NCBI GenBank assembly: GCA_964640125.1
Contig: CAZXGG010000006.1
Span: 15,756 to 79,755, forward strand
DNA length: 64,000 nucleotides
Direction of reading: 5' to 3'
DNA from: an uncultured Rikenellaceae bacterium
Lineage (GTDB): Bacteria; Bacteroidota; Bacteroidia; Bacteroidales; VadinHA17
Below the pieces are notes generated by a model. The model was not told the origin of the DNA. It searched no databases and worked only from the letters and a program-made list of their open reading frames with translations. Positions 53,426 to 62,205 of the stretch are shown here, one piece after another. Position numbers and translations under genes: made by a program. Each line of letters opens with the position of its first letter. The first letter of the stretch is position 1.

Positions 53426-54493
53426 ATGAAAAAGATAAATCTGATCATCCTTATCCTTGTTGGCCTGTTTGCTATTATCTCCTGCGAAAAGGATGAAACA
53501 AAAGTGGTCATTGGAGTCTTTAATCCTCCGGCAATCACTGCGCCAACAGGTGGATCAAGTTACGTGCTTACAGAAGAGACCGAAACGGATACCATGACAA
53601 CCTTTACCTGGAGTGCTGCTGATTTTGGCTTCCAGTCATCTGTATTATATTCCGTTCAGTTCGATTTTGTCGGAAATGATTTTGCCTCTCCCGGTGATAT
53701 GGGAAGCACGAATGACCTCGAATTGGCTGTAACGGTTGGAAACGTGAACCAGAAGATCATCCTTGCAGGAGGATATACTGGTGTGGTCAATTCACTGGAG
53801 ACCAGGATCATGGCAGTTATTCAAGCCATCGATAAAACGAATATAGACACCCTGTTCTCTTCATCAATCACAATGGACGTTACCCCGTTTGAGAAGATCA
53901 TTATTTATCCCTCTGTTTATGTAGCCGGGAATTACCAGGCAGCCAGTGGCTATACTTCCGACTGGTCGCCGGATTTAGGCCCGCAACTGTACTCGTTGAA
54001 GGATAATGAAAAATACGAAGGGTATGTCTACATGGCGAATGGTTCCAATGAGTTCAAATTCACCGATGGCCCGAACTGGGATCTCAACTGGGGAGATGAT
54101 GGTGCGGATGGTACTCTTGACGAGAATGGAGCGAACATCTTGGAAGCCAATGCAGGCTACTATAAGATGAACGTGGACCTGAATACCTTTACCTATACAT
54201 ACATGGGAACAGACTGGGGTCTGATTGGTGATGCAACGCCCGGTGGTTGGGATTCAGACACGAATATGACCTTTGATGATGTAAACCACGTCTGGACCAT
54301 TACAGTGGATCTCGTTGTTGGTACTATAAAATTCAGGGCAAACGATGATTGGGCGCTGAACTATGGTGATGATGGCGGAGACCTGAAGCTCGATAAGGAT
54401 GGGGCAGATATTGCGGTTGCCGAAGCCGGCAATTATACCATTACTATGGATCTTGAACAACCACTGTACAGATACACAATTGTAAAGAATTAG
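53426..54493 (+). CDS. SusE/SusF-like outer-membrane lipoprotein (starch-binding module type)
   Basis: 355 aa. Lipobox 'AIISCEKD'. Position directly after SusD. Repeated 'GD(A)TPGGWD...KFRANDDWA.NYG' modules. Confidence 0.75.
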   Translation: MKKINLIILILVGLFAIISCEKDETKVVIGVFNPPAITAPTGGSSYVLTEETETDTMTTFTWSAADFGFQSSVLYSVQFDFVGNDFASPGDMGSTNDLELAVTVGNVNQKIILAGGYTGVVNSLETRIMAVIQAIDKTNIDTLFSSSITMDVTPFEKIIIYPSVYVAGNYQAASGYTSDWSPDLGPQLYSLKDNEKYEGYVYMANGSNEFKFTDGPNWDLNWGDDGADGTLDENGANILEANAGYYKMNVDLNTFTYTYMGTDWGLIGDATPGGWDSDTNMTFDDVNHVWTITVDLVVGTIKFRANDDWALNYGDDGGDLKLDKDGADIAVAEAGNYTITMDLEQPLYRYTIVKN

Positions 54494-54508
54494 GTTGTAG
54501 GTTAAGTA

Positions 54509-54557
54509 AAAAGAGGTTGTCCCGGGAGTTCGCTTCTGAGATAACCTCTTTTTATTT
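54509..54557 (+). terminator. stem-loop plus T-tract after the SusE/F-like gene
   Basis: 'agaggttgtc'/'gataacctct' stem with one mismatch, followed by 'ttttatttc'. Confidence 0.5.
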
Positions 54558-54570
54558 CAAATGATAACAC

Positions 54571-55740
54571 ATGAAAAAATACCTGTTTTCAGGACTTGTA
54601 TTCCTGCTACTGGTCCTTTTTTCCTGCAAGGAGGATGGGAACAATAATCATGATCCCAACGAAAAAATATTTTATACCCCCGATCAGTTCTGTATGGGAG
54701 CAGACCTTTCCTATGTCAACCAGATCCTGGATTTTGGAGGAACCTACCGGGATTCAGGAATAGTCAAAGACCCGTACCTCATCTTCAACAATAACGGTGC
54801 AAATGTTATACGGTTCCGGCTATTCCATACACCCACCTGGACAAAAGAGATTTACGGCCCCGATGGAACACAGATGTATCATGATTACAACGATGTGAAG
54901 TTGGGGATTGAACGGGCAAAATACGCTGGCTGTGCCGTTTGTCTCGACTTTCACTATTCCGATAGCTGGGCCGATCCTGGTAAACAGGTGCCGCCTGCTG
55001 CCTGGGAATCGCTGGATCTCGAACAAATGCACGACAGCATCTATGCCTACACCTTTACCACCGTGTCAAACCTTGAAATGGAGGGGTTGATGCCCGAATA
55101 TGTCCAGATCGGGAATGAGATAAATCCCGGTTTTGTTCTGCCATTGGGAAGCCGGTGGAACGGGAATGAAAACAACTGTGCCTATTTGCTAAATGCCGGA
55201 ATAGAGGCTGTGCGGGATGCCTCTGAAAGCAGCACAACTGATCCGGAAATCATTATCCACATCGCTCAACCGGAAAATGTCGACACATGGTTTGATGGGA
55301 TGAATGCAGCCGGTTTGACCGATTATGACATCATCGGAATTTCCTATTACTATATGTGGTCAAATGTCAATATCGGCAACATCAGTAATTACGTTTCATT
55401 CCTGAAAGAAAAATACGAAAAAGAGGTCATGATCATGGAAACAGGTTATCCATGGACTACCGGATATGCTGATAACTACAATAACATTATCAATGTGGAT
55501 AAACTTTTGCCCGATTATCCGGCAACCCTGGAAGGACAATTTAACTACCTTGTAAAGCTGACACAAGAGATCATCGACGGTGGCGGGAAAGGAATATTTA
55601 CCTGGGAACCTGCCTGGATCACATCAGACATGAAGGACCAGTGGGGACAGGGTTCTTCATGGGAATGCAATACACTCTTTGATTTCCAGGGCAACGTAAT
55701 CAAGGGAATGCATTTTATGACCTATCCCTATGCGTTTTGA
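54571..55740 (+). CDS. glycoside hydrolase family 53 (endo-beta-1,4-galactanase-like) lipoprotein
   Basis: 389 aa. 'GADLSYVNQ', 'NVIRFRLF', 'DFHYSDSWADPGKQVPPAAW', acid/base 'VQIGNEINPG', nucleophile 'IMETGYPW'. Confidence 0.85.
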   Translation: MKKYLFSGLVFLLLVLFSCKEDGNNNHDPNEKIFYTPDQFCMGADLSYVNQILDFGGTYRDSGIVKDPYLIFNNNGANVIRFRLFHTPTWTKEIYGPDGTQMYHDYNDVKLGIERAKYAGCAVCLDFHYSDSWADPGKQVPPAAWESLDLEQMHDSIYAYTFTTVSNLEMEGLMPEYVQIGNEINPGFVLPLGSRWNGNENNCAYLLNAGIEAVRDASESSTTDPEIIIHIAQPENVDTWFDGMNAAGLTDYDIIGISYYYMWSNVNIGNISNYVSFLKEKYEKEVMIMETGYPWTTGYADNYNNIINVDKLLPDYPATLEGQFNYLVKLTQEIIDGGGKGIFTWEPAWITSDMKDQWGQGSSWECNTLFDFQGNVIKGMHFMTYPYAF

Positions 55741-55765
55741 AGAATATAACAAAACCATTCCGATC

Positions 55766-57616
55766 ATGAAAAAAGTAACATTTATTAGCCTTCTGGTATT
55801 CATCTCTTTACTCATTACTCCAGGGATTTCTGCACAGATCCAACACCTTGAGCCGCCGTTCTGGTGGGCCGGGATGAAAAATCCCAACCTCCAGTTAATG
55901 GTTCATGGTAAAGATATCTCAAAACACACCGTTGAGCTTTCCTATGATGGAGTAAGCATTCAATCCGTCTCATCCGTTGAAAATCCAAACTTCCTTTTTA
56001 TCGATCTGAAGCTGGATCCGGAGGTTTTACCAGGGAAATTCGATATTCATTTCCTTGCGGATGGAAAAACAGCTTTTTCCTATACCTATGAACTGAAACA
56101 ACGGGAACACGGTTCAGCTGAGCGCGAGGGGTTCAATAATTCCGATGTTATGTACCTGATTATGCCGGACCGTTTTGCCAATGGCAATCCTTCAAACGAT
56201 GCAATCAGTGAATTAAAAGAACAACCGAACAGAAATGAAATGCTGGGCCGGCACGGAGGTGATATTAAAGGAATAAAAGATCACCTGGATTATATTGCAG
56301 ATATGGGTTTTACAGCCATATGGCTTAACCCGGTCCTGGAAAACGACCAGGAAAGGTCTTCGTACCACGGTTATTCAACCACCAACTTTTATCGGGTTGA
56401 TCAGCGGTTCGGGACGAATGAAGAGTACCGGGAATTGTGTTACCAGGCAAAAACGAAAGGTCTAAAGATGGTCATGGACATGATCTTCAATCATTGCGGA
56501 TCGGAACACTGGTGGATGAAGGATATGCCCACAGCAGACTGGATCAATTACTATCCTGAATACGTTAGCACCAACCACCGGAGAACTGTAAACCAGGATC
56601 CCTATGCCTCATATGCCGACTATGCCCTGATGCGCGATGGCTGGTTTGTCCGCTCCATGCCGGATATGAATGTCAGAAATCCTTTTTTTGCCAACTACCT
56701 CATTCAAAACAGCATCTGGTGGATTGAGTACACTGGTCTGGCTGGCATTCGTATGGATACCTATCCCTATCCGGATAAATTTATGATGGCAGAATGGAAC
56801 CGTAGGGTGTTGCATGAATACCCGCATTTCAATATCGTTGGTGAAGAGTGGAGTGAAAACCAGGCAACTGTATCCTACTGGCAAAAAGGACAAATGAACC
56901 GGGATGGTTATGATGGACAGTTACCCAGCCTGATGGACTTTCCGTTACAAAGCGCTCTCCGTAAGAGCCTTATGGAAGAAGAGGGGTGGAATACCGGCTT
57001 GATTAAACTGTATGAGGCAATTTCGTATGATTACCTCTATCCCAATCCCTTTAACCTGGTCATTTTCCCCGATAATCATGACATGAGCCGGTTCTACATG
57101 CAGGTGGGCATGAGTGATGATCTCTATAAACTGGGAATCACCTATGTGCTTACCACCCGCGGCATCCCACAGATCTTTTATGGCTCCGAGATATTGATGA
57201 CCCATACAGAAAGCAACCATCACGGCCACATCAGGAAAGATTTTCCCGGAGGATGGGAAGGGGATGAAAAAAACGGATTTACCGGAGAAGGACTCTCGGA
57301 GAACGAACTGGAGATGCAACAATATTTTAAGAAACTCCTGCATTGGAGAAAAGAGAATCCGGTGATCCATACCGGAAAACTGATACATTTTGCCCCTGAA
57401 AATGGTATCTACGTATTCTTCAGATACAGTAATACACAAAAAGTGATGATCGTGTTGAACAAAAACAGCACCAGCCAGGAATTACAGCCTGACCGGTTTG
57501 CAGAAATGCTGAAAGGTGTAAAGAATGGAACGGATATATTTACCGGGAAAACGGTTGAACTGGAAAACAGTTTATCCATTCCTGCACGATCCCCGCTAAT
57601 TTTAAAACTGAATTAA
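55766..57616 (+). CDS. GH13 alpha-amylase-family enzyme with N-terminal cyclomaltodextrinase-type Ig-like domain
   Basis: 'EPPFWWAGM', 'YLIMPDRFANGNP', 'GFTAIWLNPV', 'YHGYSTTNFYRVDQRFG', 'MDMIFNHCG', 'GIRMDTYPY', 'IVGEEW', 'FPDNHDMSRF'. ATG at 55766 ('MKKVTFISLL') precedes a signal peptide. Confidence 0.9.
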   Translation: MKKVTFISLLVFISLLITPGISAQIQHLEPPFWWAGMKNPNLQLMVHGKDISKHTVELSYDGVSIQSVSSVENPNFLFIDLKLDPEVLPGKFDIHFLADGKTAFSYTYELKQREHGSAEREGFNNSDVMYLIMPDRFANGNPSNDAISELKEQPNRNEMLGRHGGDIKGIKDHLDYIADMGFTAIWLNPVLENDQERSSYHGYSTTNFYRVDQRFGTNEEYRELCYQAKTKGLKMVMDMIFNHCGSEHWWMKDMPTADWINYYPEYVSTNHRRTVNQDPYASYADYALMRDGWFVRSMPDMNVRNPFFANYLIQNSIWWIEYTGLAGIRMDTYPYPDKFMMAEWNRRVLHEYPHFNIVGEEWSENQATVSYWQKGQMNRDGYDGQLPSLMDFPLQSALRKSLMEEEGWNTGLIKLYEAISYDYLYPNPFNLVIFPDNHDMSRFYMQVGMSDDLYKLGITYVLTTRGIPQIFYGSEILMTHTESNHHGHIRKDFPGGWEGDEKNGFTGEGLSENELEMQQYFKKLLHWRKENPVIHTGKLIHFAPENGIYVFFRYSNTQKVMIVLNKNSTSQELQPDRFAEMLKGVKNGTDIFTGKTVELENSLSIPARSPLILKLN

Positions 57617-57626
57617 CTCTTTAGGT

Positions 57627-60509
57627 ATGAAAAAAGGTATCCTTCTGATCGCACTGCTTTTTTTCGGTGGATTACTATCCCGTGCACAGATCGTTACCAC
57701 CGATCCAGTTTTTGCGACCCCTTTTGATTCAATCATCGTCTTCTTCGATGCCAGTCTGTCCACCGGTGAATACGGTAATGATGCAACCAGCCTGGAGGGG
57801 TACGCCGGAAGCGATGTATATGCCCATACGGGAGTTACCATTGAGGGCGAAGGGACATGGAAGTACGTCAATAGCACGTGGGGTACAGCAGATAGTGCGA
57901 AATTCAAGCTGGAGAGAGTAAGCGGCGATCTGTGGAAACTGGTGATCGGAGATCCGTATAAATACTATTATGTACCCTCTGCCAGGAAAATCACACAACT
58001 GAGTTTCGTATTCCGCAACTCAGATGGCAGCCGTTCGGGTCGTGCACCGGGGGGTGCAGATATATTCCTTGATCTTTTTGAACCGGGGGTGACAGTGACC
58101 TTCAGCAAGCCTCTGGTGAACAATGAATTTGGTGATCCCCGTCGTCAACCCGTTTTTTTGGAGACCGGCGACACCCTGGATATACAATCGATCGGGGTTG
58201 CTATCGGCACCGAAGTGGAAAAGATGGAACTGCTTGTCGATGATCTCCTGACGGAAACTGTATTCGATGACACATTGGACTATGGCTATATTGCCGATGC
58301 AGAATATGGCAGAAAAATCATTAAGGTGATTGCCTATGATGTAGCTGAACTTTCCGATACCGGTGAGCTGGTGGTGATGGTCAACCCGCCCGTTGAGGAT
58401 CTCAGCCGTTCTCCGGAAATTACAGATGGTATCAATTACATTGATGATAACACGGTGGTTGTCTCATTGAATGCTCCGGAAAAAGATTTTGCTTATGTAA
58501 TCGGTGATTTCAATGAGTGGCTGGTGGATGAGGATTACTTTATGCAACGGGACAGCATTGATGCAATGCATGTTCACTGGTGGCTGGAGATCAACGGGCT
58601 TTCGGATACGGAAGAATATGGTTTTCAATACCTTGTGGATGGGGAAATACGTGTTGCCGATCCCTATTCGGAGAAGATCCTTGATCCCTGGAATGACCAG
58701 TACATCAACTCCCAGGTTTATCCCGGATTAAAAGCCTACCCGGCTGGTAAAACGGAACAGGCGGTTACAGCTTTCAAAACTGCCGAACCGGATTATCAAT
58801 GGCAAACATCCGGATATGTGAGACCTCCAAAAGAGGAACTGGTGATTTATGAATTGCTGATTCGCGATTTCCTGGAAGCACACAACTTTAGCACCCTCAT
58901 TGACACGCTGGATTACCTGGATAACCTCGGTGTCAATGCCATTGAACTGATGCCGGTAAATGAGTTCGAAGGAAACATCAGTTGGGGTTACAACCCCTCA
59001 TTTCACATGGCACTGGACAAATACTACGGGAACAAGAATACCTTTAAATCATTTATCGATAGCTGTCATTCCCGCGATATTGCCGTGATCCTTGATGTGG
59101 TCTTCAATCATGCTTTCGGCCAGTCCCCCCTGGTGCGGTTATACAGTTCGGGTGATTTCGGTCCCCCGACAGCACAGAATCCCTGGTTCAATGTTACGGC
59201 AACACACCCGTTTAATGTCGGGTATGACTTTAACCACGAAAGTATCCTGACTCAGGAATTCCTGGACCGCGTAAATGCTTTCTGGATCACTGAATACAAT
59301 GTTGACGGCTACCGCTTTGACCTGTCAAAAGGGTTTATGCAAACGGGTGATTTTTATGGGTATAATACTTCACGGATCGTCTTGCTTAAACGCATGGCGG
59401 ATGAGATCCGGAGTGTTGATCCGGATACCTATACTATTCTGGAACACCTGGGTGAAAATACCGAAGAGAAAGAGCTGGCAGAATATGGAATGATGCTCTG
59501 GGGGAACCTGAATCATGACTATGCTGAAGCTGCCATGGGCTACACTTCTGATTTCACCTGGGCTACCTCCAAGGGAAGGGGCTGGACAGTCCCTCATCTT
59601 GTTACCTATATGGAGAGCCATGACGAGGAGCGGTTGATGTACAAGACACTCAACTATGGGAATAGCAACGGTGGGTACAACACAAAGGAATTTGATGTAG
59701 CCATAAAAAGAATGGAACTGGATGCTGTTTTCTTTCTCACCATTCCCGGACCTAAAATGATCTGGCAATTTGGGGAGCTGGGATACGACCATTCGATCAA
59801 CCGTTGCCAGAATGGTTCAATAAATGACGGTTGCCGGCTAGATCCGAAACCCATTGAATGGGACTATTACGAAATGAATCCCCGCAAACGATTATTCCAG
59901 GTTTACCAGTCACTGATTCAATTGCGGAAGGATCATGAGGTGTTCAATACTGCAGATTACTCCTATGCACTGGGGGCCCCTGCAAAACGGTTAAACCTGA
60001 ATCATCCGGACCTGAAAGTTACTATCCTGGGCAATTTTGGCTTAACCCAGGGAAGCCTCAATCCAAGTTTCCAGGAGAGTGGGTACTGGTATGACTACTT
60101 CACAGGGGATTCAATCAATGTGGTCAATGTGACGGAAAGCATTACCCTTCAACCCGGAGAATACAGGGTCTATACCAACCGGAAACTGACAACACCTGAT
60201 TTCATCCTTGATGTAAATGAAACCCCTCCGAATGTGACGGAAACCCGGTTAACGGCATATCCCAATCCGTCAAGTGATAATTTCACCATACAGGTAGCCG
60301 TTCCCCAATTCAACTATGTAACCTTGACCATATTTGATATCACCGGGAAGGAAGTAAACCGGCTAATCGATGGTCGTGAGGTGAATGACATTCATGAATA
60401 CATGTGGGATGGTAAAAATTCAACGGGAAATGAAGTGGAAAGCGGGATCTATTTTATCCGGCTAACAACTCAGCATGAGACTCACATCATAAAGGTCATT
60501 AAGTATTAG
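57627..60509 (+). CDS. large GH13 alpha-glucan-active enzyme (pullulanase/amylase-like) with T9SS type A C-terminal sorting domain
   Basis: 960 aa. 'ELMPVNEFEGNISWGYNPSFHMALDKYYG', 'ILDVVFNHA', 'VDGYRFDLSKGF', 'ILEHLG', 'YMESHDEERL'. C-terminus 'YPNPSSDNFTIQV...GIYFIRLTT...IKVIKY'. Confidence 0.88.
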   Translation: MKKGILLIALLFFGGLLSRAQIVTTDPVFATPFDSIIVFFDASLSTGEYGNDATSLEGYAGSDVYAHTGVTIEGEGTWKYVNSTWGTADSAKFKLERVSGDLWKLVIGDPYKYYYVPSARKITQLSFVFRNSDGSRSGRAPGGADIFLDLFEPGVTVTFSKPLVNNEFGDPRRQPVFLETGDTLDIQSIGVAIGTEVEKMELLVDDLLTETVFDDTLDYGYIADAEYGRKIIKVIAYDVAELSDTGELVVMVNPPVEDLSRSPEITDGINYIDDNTVVVSLNAPEKDFAYVIGDFNEWLVDEDYFMQRDSIDAMHVHWWLEINGLSDTEEYGFQYLVDGEIRVADPYSEKILDPWNDQYINSQVYPGLKAYPAGKTEQAVTAFKTAEPDYQWQTSGYVRPPKEELVIYELLIRDFLEAHNFSTLIDTLDYLDNLGVNAIELMPVNEFEGNISWGYNPSFHMALDKYYGNKNTFKSFIDSCHSRDIAVILDVVFNHAFGQSPLVRLYSSGDFGPPTAQNPWFNVTATHPFNVGYDFNHESILTQEFLDRVNAFWITEYNVDGYRFDLSKGFMQTGDFYGYNTSRIVLLKRMADEIRSVDPDTYTILEHLGENTEEKELAEYGMMLWGNLNHDYAEAAMGYTSDFTWATSKGRGWTVPHLVTYMESHDEERLMYKTLNYGNSNGGYNTKEFDVAIKRMELDAVFFLTIPGPKMIWQFGELGYDHSINRCQNGSINDGCRLDPKPIEWDYYEMNPRKRLFQVYQSLIQLRKDHEVFNTADYSYALGAPAKRLNLNHPDLKVTILGNFGLTQGSLNPSFQESGYWYDYFTGDSINVVNVTESITLQPGEYRVYTNRKLTTPDFILDVNETPPNVTETRLTAYPNPSSDNFTIQVAVPQFNYVTLTIFDITGKEVNRLIDGREVNDIHEYMWDGKNSTGNEVESGIYFIRLTTQHETHIIKVIKY

Positions 60510-60548
60510 AGGACCATCTTCTGGCAGTGCTGATCTTCTCCCAAATTT

Positions 60549-60571
60549 ATTTCTTTTGGGAATTATTAGTT
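60549..60571 (+). terminator. weak hairpin downstream of the T9SS GH13 gene
   Basis: 7-bp stem 'tcccaaa'/'tttggga', 9-nt T-rich loop, AT-rich trailer. Confidence 0.3.
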
Positions 60572-60786
60572 GTTTGCCGTAAATTTATTGTTGTGTGTAA
60601 TTTATTTATTAAGGACACGAATATTAATCATACCCTTATTACTTCAGAATTTTCAGTGATAAAAAAATCGTACTTATGATGTCAGAATTCGAGCAAACAT
60701 TAAAAATAAAATTAATTAACCACAACCGCCTGTAATGTAGATTCTACAGGGGTATGTAATAAAAATGCACCCGGGGCCGGGAGAGT

Positions 60787-62172
60787 CTACTGCACCAATA
60801 CCTTGTATTCCCAGGGTCCTAATCTCAACGAATCCGGGAAAGGCAATACCATCTTTCCCTTTGTGAAATAGTCTTGATAATCACCGTTGTAATCATCCAG
60901 TTCCGGTTTGATGGTAGTGTTTTTCCTGCTCAGGTTAAGAAAAACAATCACTTTATTCCCATCCTTAACCCGGGAAAATGCAAAGATTCTTCTCTCTTTC
61001 GAGGTTTTAATCTTTTCCATCGGACCACCGAATTCTCCGTTCCACAATGCCACATTCTCCTTTTTCATCCGGATCAGGGATTGGTAGAAACCGGTCAGTT
61101 CACACTCTTCCCATTCAATGGGATCCCTTTCAAAAAATTTCAACCGTTTAGAAAGGCACACTTCCTGTCCGTTATAGATCAGGGGTGTCCCGGGTATTGC
61201 AAACATGAAAACGGCAAATGCTTCATGGGCTTCTCCCATTCTCTCCTCAATGGTTCCCTGCCATGAATTCTCATCATGGTTGGAGAGGAACCTCATCCGG
61301 TAAACATTAGGAGGAAACAGCGCTTCTTCCTTTCTGAAATATTTTGATAACGCCCTTACACTATCTTTTCCCTGGGCTACCCTGTTCATCAAATGATGAA
61401 GTTCCCAGGAATAATTCATGTCGAAACCCTTCTCCAGAAAATAGGTTTGTTCTTCATTTTCGGCAAGCATGAGAACGGGGCGGATTTCCTCCAGTGCAAC
61501 CCTTGCTCTTTCCCAGAATTCTTTCGGGGTTTTATGTGGATGATCAACCCGGAAGCCGTCAACCCCGAGTCTTACCCAGAAACTCAACGCCTCAATCATG
61601 TAATCATGCAATCCGGTTTTGGACCAGTCCAATTGAATGACATCTGTCCAGTCGGTTCCAATGGGTGGAATAAATTCCCCGGTCGAATCTTTCATGAAAA
61701 ATTCAGGGTGTTCAGTTGCCAGCGGATTATCCCATGCTGTATGGTTGGGAACCCAGTCAAGTATGACATAAAATCCCATTTCATGGGCTTTGTCAACCAT
61801 CGATTTAAAATCATCCAGTGTCCCAAATTCAGGATTAATATCCTTATAATCCCTTACAGAATAATAACTTCCCAGCTCTCCTTTCCGGTTTTTCAAGCCA
61901 ATCGGGTGTACAGGCATAAACCACAATACATCCACCCCGAGTTCATTCAGTCCTGGGAGGTGGTTCTCAAAAGCCTTAATGGTTCCCTCTTCCGTATATT
62001 GCCTGAGATTAATTTCATACAGGACGACGTTGCAGGACCACTCAGGATGAATGACCTCACTGATAAAGGGTTCGGGTTTTTCACCTTTGCTCTTTACCGC
62101 CCGTTTACAACCAAAAAAAACCATAGCCACAAATATCATTGTGGCAACTGTAATTACGATTGCTTTTTCCAT
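60787..62172 (-). CDS. GH13 alpha-amylase lipoprotein
   Basis: 461 aa. Lipobox 'VFFGCKR'. 'VLWFMPVHPIG', 'GSYYSVRDYKDINPEFG', 'ILDWVPNHTAWD', 'GVDGFRVDHPH', 'MLAENEE', 'FLSNHDENSW'. Confidence 0.9.
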   Translation of the reverse strand: MEKAIVITVATMIFVAMVFFGCKRAVKSKGEKPEPFISEVIHPEWSCNVVLYEINLRQYTEEGTIKAFENHLPGLNELGVDVLWFMPVHPIGLKNRKGELGSYYSVRDYKDINPEFGTLDDFKSMVDKAHEMGFYVILDWVPNHTAWDNPLATEHPEFFMKDSTGEFIPPIGTDWTDVIQLDWSKTGLHDYMIEALSFWVRLGVDGFRVDHPHKTPKEFWERARVALEEIRPVLMLAENEEQTYFLEKGFDMNYSWELHHLMNRVAQGKDSVRALSKYFRKEEALFPPNVYRMRFLSNHDENSWQGTIEERMGEAHEAFAVFMFAIPGTPLIYNGQEVCLSKRLKFFERDPIEWEECELTGFYQSLIRMKKENVALWNGEFGGPMEKIKTSKERRIFAFSRVKDGNKVIVFLNLSRKNTTIKPELDDYNGDYQDYFTKGKMVLPFPDSLRLGPWEYKVLVQ

Positions 62173-62205
62173 TTGTATCGTTTGATATGATTTATAAAAA
62201 GTAAT

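Noticed and set aside
60510-60786. 277-nt AT-rich convergent intergenic region, examined for an sRNA, a tRNA or a small ORF (e.g. MMSEFEQTLKIKLIN).
   Set aside because: Only weak 6-7-bp hairpins and a 15-codon frame were found. There is no tRNA-like T-arm or conserved structure that I can support.
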